Source of the DNA: an uncultured virus (IMG/VR IMGVR_UViG_3300007722_002942)
Taxonomy: Duplodnaviria > Heunggongvirae > Uroviricota > Caudoviricetes
DNA length: 64,000 bases
Strand: one strand, 5' to 3'
IMG/VR virus record: IMGVR_UViG_3300007722_002942
The notes under the pieces were generated by a model. That model saw only the letters and a list, made by a program, of their open reading frames with translations, did no database searches and was not told where the DNA came from. Position numbers and translations under genes: made by a program. Numbering within the stretch: the first letter of the stretch is position 1; each line of letters starts with the position of its first letter. Positions 17,870 through 26,946 of the stretch are shown piece by piece.

Positions 17870-18021
17870 TATTCAATAAGGTTAATAATGAATAGTGTGT
17901 TTGCAAATTCTTATATAAAAACAAAAAGCGATGCTGTTAATAACAATATAATATCTGTATCTTTTGTATCAGAAGATTTTATAGAATGCGAAGAAGAGAT
18001 ATTTATCAAATAGGTAATAAG

Positions 18022-18412
18022 TGGTATTTAGCAATATCAGATATTAACAATGACGGACTGATAATTTAGGTGTTCCTACTTCAGATTGGACAACAGCAGC
18101 AAATATTGATCAGATTAATGGATCTGCTTCACAAGCAGAGCCAAGATTTGGTGGAGTTCCTTTAGGCTCTACTTATATGTATTTCCTTGTAGCAGGAGTG
18201 AGATATTGGGAATGGAAGCTTTCAGAAACAGCGTTATCAGCTCCTTAAATTTCTATGGAGATCCATTATATCCTGGTTCAATTACTGTCCCACAATACGC
18301 TAAGAACGTAACTAGTGACTTAACATGTATTGATGGTGTAATTTCTGGAACAGTTGTTCTTAAGGCCGTTACGGTTCCTGCTGATGGTGATTTGACTTTA
18401 ATTTTTGGCTGA
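18022..18412 (+). pseudogene. frameshifted fragment of a probable virion/structural-type gene
   Basis: Protein-like text (WYLAISDINNDG / TDNLGVPTSDW...RYWEW / FYGDPLYPGSIT...LTLIFG) continues across frame changes, with no clear start. Confidence 0.35.
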
Positions 18413-18420
18413 AAAGATTT

Positions 18421-18506
18421 GGTAGGTTTGGGCATTGGCAAGCCTCCTCGATTTGAAATCGAGCAAGCCTGAAAGGGCTTTGTCGGTTCGACTCCGGCAC
18501 CTACCG
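18421..18506 (+). tRNA. tRNA-Ser(TGA)
   Basis: CTCGA-TTTGAAA-TCGAG; GGTAGGT/ACCTACC; G73. Confidence 0.9.
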
Positions 18507-18510
18507 CTTT

Positions 18511-18597
18511 GGAAGATTAACCGCCTGGGCACAGCGGCCTCGTTTGGAAAACGAGTGGTGGTCTAAAAGCCATAAGGTTCGAGTCCTTAGTCTTCCG
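18511..18597 (+). tRNA. tRNA-Ser(GGA)
   Basis: CTCGT-TTGGAAA-ACGAG; GGAAGAT/GTCTTCC; G73. Confidence 0.88.
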
Positions 18598-18600
18598 TTT

Positions 18601-18798
18601 ATGGAAAAAAAAGAATCAGATATTATTTTAGATAGGCTTTGTGATATAAGGGATAATCTTCTTTCTGCTAATTATTATAATGCAAATCTTATATGGGATT
18701 TGATAAAATCAAAAGGTTGGGAAAAGAAAATCATTTCAGGAAGATTGGCTGCTCACAAGGGTAGTACTGAAGTTAGTATATATCACGAGTCTCATTAA
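18601..18798 (+). CDS. hypothetical protein
   Basis: Track ORF trimmed to ATG 18601, after the tRNA. Confidence 0.45.
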   Translation: MEKKESDIILDRLCDIRDNLLSANYYNANLIWDLIKSKGWEKKIISGRLAAHKGSTEVSIYHESH

Positions 18799-18893
18799 TT
18801 CTCCGGCAATTACTCTCTTACAAAAATCCTATTTGAAAGAATAACGATTGTTCTTAATAAAATTTTAGATGCATTTGAGAATGAATTTGATTT

Positions 18894-19076
18894 ATGGATA
18901 AAAGCACAATAGAAAACGTTGTAAGATTCTCAGAAATTAAACCTGGATCATCTTTTTCATATCGAGGTGAAAAGTATATAAAATTGGAAAAAAAATATAA
19001 GCCATCTGAAAATTCTATCAAAATAGAAACTAATGAGCTTCTTGTTTTTAGCGGGAAAATGATAGTAAAAAAATAA
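18894..19076 (+). CDS. small hypothetical protein
   Basis: F.EIKPG..F.Y.GE.YIK motif common in small phage proteins. Confidence 0.55.
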   Translation: MDKSTIENVVRFSEIKPGSSFSYRGEKYIKLEKKYKPSENSIKIETNELLVFSGKMIVKK

Positions 19077-19162
19077 ACATAAAATAATATTTAAAAACAT
19101 CTCAAAGGTATAAGTTACTTTTTGTCGAAATCAAATTAGACAAGTAATTTAGGACCAAAGAG

Positions 19163-19573
19163 ATGACACTAATATACAATGTTAAAAATCTAAATGAGTT
19201 AAAAATTTGGGTAGATGAAAGAAATAAAATATTTAGGCAGATTATATCATGCAGTCATACATTTATATTTTCATTTAGGAAAAAAAAAGTCATATTAGAT
19301 ATGATAGAATTTCAGGACATAATATCTGATTTAGAAGAAGTTATTAGAGATGCAAAAATACTTCTTAGAAGTACGGAAAAAATTATCATCACATCTGATC
19401 TTTTAGATTTTACTACAATAAAGAATAAAGCAGAAAGTGCTTATGAGGATAGTTTGAAATATAAAGAAAAATGGAATTATGTCATGACACTTGGTGAGAA
19501 AGCAAGAAGAATAATTGAAGATATTAATAGTAGTGAAAAAGAAGCAGATAGGGATATTGAATTTGATGGGTGA
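19163..19573 (+). CDS. hypothetical protein
   Basis: ORF with AGGA RBS. Confidence 0.6.
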   Translation: MTLIYNVKNLNELKIWVDERNKIFRQIISCSHTFIFSFRKKKVILDMIEFQDIISDLEEVIRDAKILLRSTEKIIITSDLLDFTTIKNKAESAYEDSLKYKEKWNYVMTLGEKARRIIEDINSSEKEADRDIEFDG

Positions 19574-19625
19574 TTATTAGATAGGTTATATTGTTCCTTG
19601 TAATTTCAATTTATAAGGAATACCC

Positions 19626-20051
19626 ATGAATAATCAAAAATTTGCTATCAGAAAAGTAAACACATATGTTTTAGATTTTGCTGGTGAATCTAAAACCGTA
19701 AACGAATGCGTTAGGGTTGGAGAATGCAGATTGACCATTTCCGATGATGACCTAAAATCTTTAGGTGATCTTCCTGATCCTGATATAGAGAAAACATATA
19801 TCGGAAACACTACAATACTTATACAAAATCCTTCTGGGCAAGTTATACCTCAAAGACTGTCATTTCCAATTGTAGCTAGTGATGTGGAAGATGCTTTTGG
19901 TAAGTTTGATGAATTCTTCTCTGCAAAAGTTAAAGAATTACAGGATGCAGAGAGGCGTTCTTCTCTTGTTGAAGCAACACCTGGAGAATTGTCAGCAGTT
20001 GCTAATTCTAGATCATCTAGGAAAACAAATAGTGGTATAATAATGCCATGA
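19626..20051 (+). CDS. hypothetical protein
   Basis: ORF with TAAGGA RBS. Confidence 0.65.
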   Translation: MNNQKFAIRKVNTYVLDFAGESKTVNECVRVGECRLTISDDDLKSLGDLPDPDIEKTYIGNTTILIQNPSGQVIPQRLSFPIVASDVEDAFGKFDEFFSAKVKELQDAERRSSLVEATPGELSAVANSRSSRKTNSGIIMP

Positions 20052-20422
20052 TTAAAAAATCTAAAAAATCTATGCTAATAGACAATATGTTTAAGGTATC
20101 AGGTGTAGATGAGGATTGTAGAAATTGGCTTGCATCAGTACTTATAGATATGAAAAATAGATATAGAGATATGACAATTAGCCATGTAGAAATACTTGAA
20201 AAAAAATATATAGATATTCTAATAAGTAATATTAAAAATGTATATATGTTCTTTTTAACAGAAGATGATATATCTCAAATTATAAAATTTTACAGCAGTC
20301 CGTCATTGACAACCGCTACTAGTAAAAAAGTAAAATTAAAAATACAAGATGAAATATCATCTTTAGCTTCTGCTATACTTGATGATTTTAATTCGATTTT
20401 AAATGGAGATAAAAATGGCTAA
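20048..20422 (+). CDS. DUF2059-like protein
   Basis: Y..FLTEDDISQIIKFYSSP motif. Confidence 0.6.
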   Translation: MIKKSKKSMLIDNMFKVSGVDEDCRNWLASVLIDMKNRYRDMTISHVEILEKKYIDILISNIKNVYMFFLTEDDISQIIKFYSSPSLTTATSKKVKLKIQDEISSLASAILDDFNSILNGDKNG

Positions 20423-20819
20423 GTATCTTAAAAAAGAAGATAGAGAAAAAGGAATTTCAAATATCAAGAGATTATTGAAACACATGGAAGAAAGCTACTT
20501 ATTTTATAAATCAGTAATAGACTTTTTTCAAACAGAAGATATAAAGAGTATTATTGATAGTATCATTCTTGAAGATTCTATAAAAGAGTTATATAATAAT
20601 ATAAGAAACATAAGAATAATAACAAGAAGAGCAGAATTATTTTTTAATAAAATAAGTATTAATAAAGATGCTAAATATATAAATTCTAGTATTTCTGATA
20701 TAGGAAAATTATTTATGTCATACAAATATGGTGTTATTAATATTGATAAAAAGATTAAATATATATGTAGCACTATCGATGTTGAAGAAAAGGTTGAAGA
20801 TGACTGTTCTGAATTATAA
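20403..20819 (+). CDS. hypothetical protein
   Basis: ORF; likely start at the second Met after GGAG. Confidence 0.55.
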   Translation: MEIKMAKYLKKEDREKGISNIKRLLKHMEESYLFYKSVIDFFQTEDIKSIIDSIILEDSIKELYNNIRNIRIITRRAELFFNKISINKDAKYINSSISDIGKLFMSYKYGVINIDKKIKYICSTIDVEEKVEDDCSEL

Positions 20820-20866
20820 CTCCGGAATAGCATCAAGTTCTTCTATCATAGTAGAAAGGTTACAAA

Positions 20867-21649
20867 ATGGCTGAAAAAATTAACATACTAATAATTGATC
20901 CTCAGAACGATTTTATTGATGAAAAGGGATCATTAATGGTTAAAGGGGCTATTAACGATATGAATCGTTTATCTTTATTGATTAATAATAGAGTAAAAGA
21001 TATATCTAGTATAACTTTATCCCTTGATAACCATCATAGGTTTAATATATCGCATCCCTTATACTGGGTTGGAAGAAATGGTAATCATCCTAACCCATTC
21101 ACAATTATTGATCCAAGCGAGGTCTTAGATGGACACTGGGTTCCTTCTAAAAAGGAATTATTAGATATATCTTTAAATTATCTTAAAGAGTTAGATAAGC
21201 CTCATTGTATTTGGCCTTATCATTGTCTTGTTGGATCATGGGGTTCTAATATACATGAGTCTATAGATTACGCAATATCAAATTGGGAAACAGAGAAAAA
21301 AGATATGGCTTTTAAGATAATTAAGGGCTTGTATCCGTATTCCGAATGGTTTAGTGCGATAGAGGCAATAGAGCCTAATGATGATAATCCTGAGACTCTT
21401 CCTAATAAATCTGCTCTTGATAGAATAGAAAATTCAGATAATACTCTTATAGCAGGAGAGGCTAGTTCTCATTGTGTTTCAGAAACTGTAAGAAGCATTG
21501 TTAAGCATAGACCTAATGCTATTTCAAAGATTGTTTTATTAAAAGATGCTATGAGTCCTGTTTCTGGTTTTGAAGAGTATGAAGATAATTTTTTTAATGA
21601 AATGAAGATACTTGGAGTCAGGGAAGGCTTTACGTCAGATTTTTATTAA
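20867..21649 (+). CDS. pncA: nicotinamidase (isochorismatase family)
   Basis: LIIDPQNDF, D.H, WPYHC, KG, AGEASSHCV catalytic motifs. Confidence 0.85.
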   Translation: MAEKINILIIDPQNDFIDEKGSLMVKGAINDMNRLSLLINNRVKDISSITLSLDNHHRFNISHPLYWVGRNGNHPNPFTIIDPSEVLDGHWVPSKKELLDISLNYLKELDKPHCIWPYHCLVGSWGSNIHESIDYAISNWETEKKDMAFKIIKGLYPYSEWFSAIEAIEPNDDNPETLPNKSALDRIENSDNTLIAGEASSHCVSETVRSIVKHRPNAISKIVLLKDAMSPVSGFEEYEDNFFNEMKILGVREGFTSDFY

Positions 21650-21691
21650 ATTTAAAGGAATGGAAAGTCATTTCTTAATATTGGAAGTAAT

Positions 21692-22261
21692 ATGTTTTCC
21701 GAAAAAGATCCTTATATTGGAAAAGTATGCGCATCATCTGATGGTTCTATTGCTATAGTTTTGTCTAAGATAGATATTACACCCAAGGGTGTAAAGTGGT
21801 TTGGATTATCTATTAATGGTGGAATATGGAGAAGCAGGCATCCAAAGGTTATTTCTAATAATATTTTTGAGTATATAAATATAAAAAAAATAAAATTAGA
21901 AAATGTAAACTCTATGGTTTTAGGAATTTCCGAATATATAGATTCTACAAAAAAAGAGAAAGAATTATCAAGAGATGCTTTTTTTATATTATCTAGAGAG
22001 AATGAAAAATTACAAAATAAACTAAATAAGATAGATGAGGATAAAAAAGAATTAATTATAAAACCATTAGAAAAAGAACCAGAACAAGAGATAGTTGACT
22101 TAATTGACAAAGCAGTTGATAACGAAGTTAAATCATATATATCAGTAATTAGAAAGATAACAGATAAAGACCCAACGGGTATTATATCCAAGGTTGTTTT
22201 AAAGATACAGGAAAGAAATAAGGAAAGAAAGATTATGAGAAGAAAGAAGCAAAATGCTTAA
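21692..22261 (+). CDS. hypothetical coiled-coil protein
   Basis: 189-aa ORF. Confidence 0.6.
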   Translation: MFSEKDPYIGKVCASSDGSIAIVLSKIDITPKGVKWFGLSINGGIWRSRHPKVISNNIFEYINIKKIKLENVNSMVLGISEYIDSTKKEKELSRDAFFILSRENEKLQNKLNKIDEDKKELIIKPLEKEPEQEIVDLIDKAVDNEVKSYISVIRKITDKDPTGIISKVVLKIQERNKERKIMRRKKQNA

Positions 22262-22469
22262 ATTATATTTAACTATAATGGATTACTGGGATGGTAACTT
22301 TATTATCTCAAGAATTTTTTTATGTAATATAATTGTGTTATTTATAATCTTATTTCCAATTACAATAGTATTTTCTATATATACTATGTATTTATATTTC
22401 TTAGATAAATGTATAAAAAAAAGGTTTAATAAATTTTACAATGGCAAACTCAGAAAAATTAATCGTTAG
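22254..22469 (+). CDS. small membrane protein
   Basis: Long hydrophobic stretch with basic tail. Confidence 0.5.
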   Translation: MLKLYLTIMDYWDGNFIISRIFLCNIIVLFIILFPITIVFSIYTMYLYFLDKCIKKRFNKFYNGKLRKINR

Positions 22470-22860
22470 AAAAATTAGCTTAGAAGAGATAAAAAATAAT
22501 CTTTACACTTATAAGGCTCATGTTTTAGATGTGTATGATGGAGATACTATTACTGTAGCTATAGATTTAGGTATGGATATCTATAAGAAAACAAAAATTA
22601 GATTTTATGGAATAAATGCTCCAGAATTAAATGGTAGTAGATTAAGCGATAAAGAAAAGGCAGAAGCTAGGAGAAGTAAGAATTACGTTTATAGAAAAAT
22701 ATCATCAAAAGAAATTTATATTCAAACTGTAAAAGATAAAACTGAAAAGTATGGTAGATATTTGGGAATTATTTGGGTATTAAATGAAAAGAATAAATAT
22801 TACGAATGTCTTAATGATATGATGTTAAGAAATAATCTTGCTAAGTCTTTGCTATATTGA
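22441..22860 (+). CDS. thermonuclease (SNase) family protein
   Basis: VYDGDTI, IRFYGINAPE, EKYGRYL. Confidence 0.9.
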   Translation: MANSEKLIVRKISLEEIKNNLYTYKAHVLDVYDGDTITVAIDLGMDIYKKTKIRFYGINAPELNGSRLSDKEKAEARRSKNYVYRKISSKEIYIQTVKDKTEKYGRYLGIIWVLNEKNKYYECLNDMMLRNNLAKSLLY

Positions 22861-22908
22861 GGATTATATTCTTATCCGGAATTTCAAGATAATTGGTTAT
22901 AAGAGTAT

Positions 22909-22980
22909 GCACCTGTAACTCAATTGGTAGAGTACGGTTTTCTAAAAACTAGAGTGAGGGTTCGAATCCCTCCAGGTGTT
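22909..22980 (+). tRNA. amber suppressor tRNA (anticodon CTA)
   Basis: GCACCTG/CAGGTGT; D arm ACTC/GAGT; CGGTT-TTCTAAA-AACTA with CTA at 22942-22944; T arm GAGGG-TTCGAAT-CCCTC. Confidence 0.8.
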
Positions 22981-22990
22981 TTAAAAGGAT

Positions 22991-23557
22991 ATGATTATGA
23001 GTAAGATATTAAAATCCGCTGAATTAGCAAGATATGCTCATTCCGAGCAGGTTAGGAAATTTAGCGGGTTGCCGTACGTATCTCATGTTGGGAGGGTGGC
23101 AGGAAGAGTAGCTGTTCATAAATTTTCTACAGAAGATATGATTGCGGCTGCTTTTTGTCATGATATACTGGAAGATACTAGGATAAATTATGAAGAATTA
23201 TCTCTCGTAATTGGAAAAAATGCTGCTAATATTGTTTTAGAGTTAACGAATCCTTCCAAGAATAGTTCGTTATCAAGATCTGAAAGAAAAAGGATGGATA
23301 GGGATCATATTGTTAAAATTAGTAAAGAGGCAAGGATTATAAAGTTTTTCGATAGAATAGATAATATATCAGAACTTTTAAGAGATTATTTCGTACTATC
23401 TAAATCAGAAAAAGAATTTTCAGCAATATATGCCTATGAATCAAGGTTGCTATTAGATGTTCTTAATGGCTTAGATGAAGATTTGGAAGCAGAACTTCTA
23501 TTTGTAATAGAAGGATTGGAAAAAAATATATCACAAGGAAAAACAATCATGGCTTAG
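22991..23557 (+). CDS. HD-domain (p)ppGpp hydrolase-like (Mesh1/SAH-type)
   Basis: AH..QVRK..G.PYVSH, HDILEDT, IKFFDRIDN; ends in TAG. Confidence 0.88.
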   Translation: MIMSKILKSAELARYAHSEQVRKFSGLPYVSHVGRVAGRVAVHKFSTEDMIAAAFCHDILEDTRINYEELSLVIGKNAANIVLELTNPSKNSSLSRSERKRMDRDHIVKISKEARIIKFFDRIDNISELLRDYFVLSKSEKEFSAIYAYESRLLLDVLNGLDEDLEAELLFVIEGLEKNISQGKTIMA

Positions 23558-23902
23558 GACAATACACCGTATACGTATGTAATTACAAGAAGAGATTTAC
23601 CCATTTCTGTAGCTGCTGTTCAGTCAGCACATGCTGCAATTGAAGCATCAAGATATCTAATTCCTCCATAGGAAGATCATCCTCATCTGGTTCTTTGCGC
23701 TGTAAGCAATGAGAGTAAGTTATTGCATTGGTCATCTAAATTGCAGTCTTTAGGATTTGCAATTAAAGAATGGCGTGAGCCTGACCGTAATAATGAGCTT
23801 ACGGCTATCTGTACAGGTATTATTCGAGGAGATGATCGTAAGGCATTTCGTAATCTTCAATTATTCAAAACACAGGAAATTACATCTACATGTTGTGGAT
23901 GA
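23549..23902 (+). CDS. peptidyl-tRNA hydrolase 2-like protein with two in-frame TAG codons
   Basis: Manual translation MA*DNTPYTYVITRRDL..AAVQSAHAA..PP*EDHPHLVLCAV..WREPDRNNELTAIC..FRNLQLF; own RBS AAGGA; TAG at 23555 and 23669. Confidence 0.82.
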
Positions 23903-23929
23903 GATATCACTTTTTTTAAGGAGTATGTT

Positions 23930-24301
23930 ATGTTACAGGATCAATTGCATCAGACTAAGTGGGGATTTGTTCCCTGCGACTTTGAAAAGTATAAGTTTTT
24001 CAAAGAGTTGAATTTACGCTGCTTTCAGGATGTTCGTGCTGTTGCAGCAAGGGATAGATGGCATCGTAAGGAGCCTCAGAATAGAGTTATTAGAAAATGG
24101 ATTAGAAATACAAATGGGCAGAAGATAGGTTCTGTAGTGATAGGCCCAAGGACTGAACCATCTGTTAGTGGATTATGGAAATACAGATGTGAAATAGAAA
24201 GAGCATACTATCTTGCCAGGTATCCAGATTCTAAAGAAAAGGCTATATTGGCTTCTAAGGAAATTGAAGAGATTGAAAAACAACTGAATGGTAAAATATA
24301 A
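23930..24301 (+). CDS. hypothetical protein
   Basis: RBS AAGGAG; 123 aa. Confidence 0.7.
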   Translation: MLQDQLHQTKWGFVPCDFEKYKFFKELNLRCFQDVRAVAARDRWHRKEPQNRVIRKWIRNTNGQKIGSVVIGPRTEPSVSGLWKYRCEIERAYYLARYPDSKEKAILASKEIEEIEKQLNGKI

Positions 24302-24307
24302 TTACAG

Positions 24308-24341
24308 ATAGCAGATGAATAAACTCATCTGCTATTATTTT
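24308..24341. terminator. hairpin terminator between convergent genes
   Basis: ATAGCAGATGA-ATAAAC-TCATCTGCTAT followed by TATTTT. Confidence 0.7.
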
Positions 24342-24595
24342 GTTACAGCATTGAATTTTTTCAAAGGACATGCAAATAAAGGATCTCTTGTTATACTATT
24401 TACAAGTTTGTTTACTTTTTTACAAACACTAGATGTGGTTAATCCATTTGTAGACTTGTATCTTGCATGAGGATTTTTGGTTGCAAATACGCATGATCTG
24501 CATGAATCTCTTCTTGTATGAACTGTGCTAATAGCGAGCTGACCCTGTTGATTTATGTTTGTAGTATTTTTATTTTTTTTACATCCGCATGACAT
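24335..24595 (-). CDS. small Cys-rich protein
   Basis: MSCGCKK start; CRSC, C, CP.KKF. Confidence 0.65.
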   Translation of the reverse strand: MSCGCKKNKNTTNINQQGQLAISTVHTRRDSCRSCVFATKNPHARYKSTNGLTTSSVCKKVNKLVNSITRDPLFACPLKKFNAVTK

Positions 24596-24658
24596 ATTTT
24601 TTATATCGACAGAAATATCTTTTTTGATTCTTGACGATTATATTTAGGAGTGTAATTT

Positions 24659-24958
24659 ATGATTGATAAGTCTATACAAAAATTAGCATCAGACTGGGCG
24701 GAGAAGATTCTTCACAGTATATCTCTTTCTGTAAATTCTGAATATAAAATTGAAGGAGAAGCACTTTCTATATATAACAATCTAAAAGAGTGGGGATGGT
24801 TTGATCTACATCCTTTGACAGATGAAGAAGAAGAAACAACCAGGTTACTACTTACTATGAATAAGTATGCTAAGATGAAGTGGGCGAAAGATCACCCTCC
24901 TAGAGAAAAAAGATCAAAATGGGAAATGGTTACAGGAAAGGCTAAGAAAAAAAGATGA
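24659..24958 (+). CDS. hypothetical protein
   Basis: AGGAG RBS. Confidence 0.65.
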   Translation: MIDKSIQKLASDWAEKILHSISLSVNSEYKIEGEALSIYNNLKEWGWFDLHPLTDEEEETTRLLLTMNKYAKMKWAKDHPPREKRSKWEMVTGKAKKKR

Positions 24959-25293
24959 TAACTCATATTTTAATTTCGTTTCTTATAACGTACGGATTGA
25001 CTGTTCTTATTGTAGAAAAGGGAGATGAGTATCCTATAAATATTATAAAGCAACCAATAGTAAATTTTCTTACTCTTATTGATATAAGATCAGTATCTGT
25101 TTTTGATTGTATGGTTTGTTTTTCATTCTGGGCATCATTGGTTTCAGAATTGAGTATGTATTTCTTTGTAGACAATATGTTTTTATGGCCACTAACGGGG
25201 CTTATATCTACAGGAATCATCTGGACAGTTATCCAGGTTCTAAATACGTTAGATAGAGAGGTAGTGGAGGAAAAAACAGAAGATGGAATATAG
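24955..25293 (+). CDS. membrane protein (DUF1360-like)
   Basis: TM segments with CMVCFSFW motif. Confidence 0.6.
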   Translation: MITHILISFLITYGLTVLIVEKGDEYPINIIKQPIVNFLTLIDIRSVSVFDCMVCFSFWASLVSELSMYFFVDNMFLWPLTGLISTGIIWTVIQVLNTLDREVVEEKTEDGI

Positions 25294-25306
25294 TGTATAA
25301 TATTTT

Positions 25307-25963
25307 TTGGAACAAATGATGAATGGAAAGCAAAATGATGCTTGGAAATTACAAACTGCCAAGACACTTGATGAAGTGACATCTGCTTGGAGATTAGTTT
25401 ATAGAGAATATCTATCTTTTGGATTTGTTAATCCTAATAAAAATAGAATGGTATCCCCTCTCGTTATAAATGAAAATTCTCTTGTTTTATTTAGTAGTAT
25501 TTACCATATCTGTATTTCAACTATGACATGTACTATAGACAACGGCAAAGGAAGTGGCTTAGATGATATTTTTCCAGATATAATGAATGATCTTAAAAAA
25601 GATGGTAAGATCATGGACATATCTATGTTTGCTAGTGTTCGTGGCAAGGCTGATTTAAATTCTCTATCTAGGGATATGATAGATTTTATAAGATATTCCT
25701 TATCTTATGCATTACATAATAGCGTATCAACAATTGTTATGGGGATTAATCCCTTATGCTCTGAATTTTATTCTAAAGTATTTAATTTTAATGTAACTAA
25801 CGTAATTAAAAAGTATCATAAATATAATAACATACCAGTTGAACTTGTTTACATAAAAACAGACAGTATAAATAATATAGAAAATAAAATACTCAGAAAC
25901 GTCTTAACAGAAAAAGTAGACAAATCATTCTTTGAAGATAGGTATATTATGGATTCTTATTAA
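25307..25963 (+). CDS. GNAT-fold N-acyl amino acid synthase (FeeM-like)
   Basis: A.TLDEVTSAWRLVYREYL..G.V, TMT, GINP...FY...F.F. Confidence 0.6.
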   Translation: MEQMMNGKQNDAWKLQTAKTLDEVTSAWRLVYREYLSFGFVNPNKNRMVSPLVINENSLVLFSSIYHICISTMTCTIDNGKGSGLDDIFPDIMNDLKKDGKIMDISMFASVRGKADLNSLSRDMIDFIRYSLSYALHNSVSTIVMGINPLCSEFYSKVFNFNVTNVIKKYHKYNNIPVELVYIKTDSINNIENKILRNVLTEKVDKSFFEDRYIMDSY

Positions 25964-26007
25964 GAAGGATTTATTGTTTAATATATTAAAATCATAGTAC
26001 AGGAGTA

Positions 26008-26937
26008 TTGTCTATGATTTCAAAAAACACATTTCTATTCTTGTGGTTATTATTTATAACTACAACACTATTAGTATCATGTTCTATTAATGGAAAATTA
26101 CCTAACGCTTTTGATAACAGTGCATCGGATGGAATAAATATAGTTTCTAAGGATATCACAGATGCTAATAACAAAGTAAAAAATTCAGGTGATATTATAA
26201 AAAAAGAGGCTAACAGTATAGAAGGGAATGTTATAAATATTAGAAGTTCTATTCCCGAAGACGTTAAAGCAAAAGTACATGATCCTCTCGAAAATATATA
26301 TAAGAGTGCTGGTATTATAAAAGGTCAGGCTGGAGAGTTGGAAATAGCAAGAGTATTGTTATCTAAGTCTCAGTCTGATTTAATATCTATTGCTAGTAAA
26401 ATTAAAGAAATAGAAAAACAAGCTCAAAATATACTTAATGATAAAATAAAAGTAGAGAAGGAAAGAGATGAAGCTATATTAAGAGAGCAGGATGCTACAT
26501 CAAAAATGATAAGATGGTTAATAGTAATATGTGTTATGGGAGTAGGATTGTCAGTTCCATTGGGCATCTTTGGGAGTCCTTATACCGGCATGGCGTTAGG
26601 AGCTTCATCACTTACTATTATGATTGTTGCTATTACAGTTAACGCTTATTTTGACTATATAGCAATTGCTGGTATTATCCTGATAGGTCTTACCGTGGCA
26701 ATGCTGATTTACAAGATGTTTATAAAAGACAAGGCTATAAAAGAAGTAGTGCAGACTGTAGAGGCAGCAAAGCAGCAGTTACCTACCGAAGAAAGAAAGA
26801 AAATATTTGGAGACGGTGCTGTTCCAGGATTAGCATTTCAGATGCAAAGTTCATCTACTGAAAAAGTAGTTCAAGGAGTTAGATTAAGAATGAAAAATAT
26901 GTGGGAAGAAACAATATCAGGTTCAAGAAAAAAGTAA
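26008..26937 (+). CDS. lipoprotein with coiled coil and C-terminal TM helices
   Basis: LLVSC lipobox, heptad region, three hydrophobic segments. Confidence 0.65.
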   Translation: MSMISKNTFLFLWLLFITTTLLVSCSINGKLPNAFDNSASDGINIVSKDITDANNKVKNSGDIIKKEANSIEGNVINIRSSIPEDVKAKVHDPLENIYKSAGIIKGQAGELEIARVLLSKSQSDLISIASKIKEIEKQAQNILNDKIKVEKERDEAILREQDATSKMIRWLIVICVMGVGLSVPLGIFGSPYTGMALGASSLTIMIVAITVNAYFDYIAIAGIILIGLTVAMLIYKMFIKDKAIKEVVQTVEAAKQQLPTEERKKIFGDGAVPGLAFQMQSSSTEKVVQGVRLRMKNMWEETISGSRKK

Positions 26938-26946
26938 AGTTGTGTT

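Noticed and set aside
22909..22980. Reading this tRNA as Arg(TCT)
   Set aside because: Centring TCT breaks the anticodon stem; the CTA register gives four pairs, a 7-nt loop and normal spacing.
23757..24011. Track ORF of 84 aa
   Set aside because: Alternative frame overlapping the Pth2-like gene and the next gene; TTG start without RBS.
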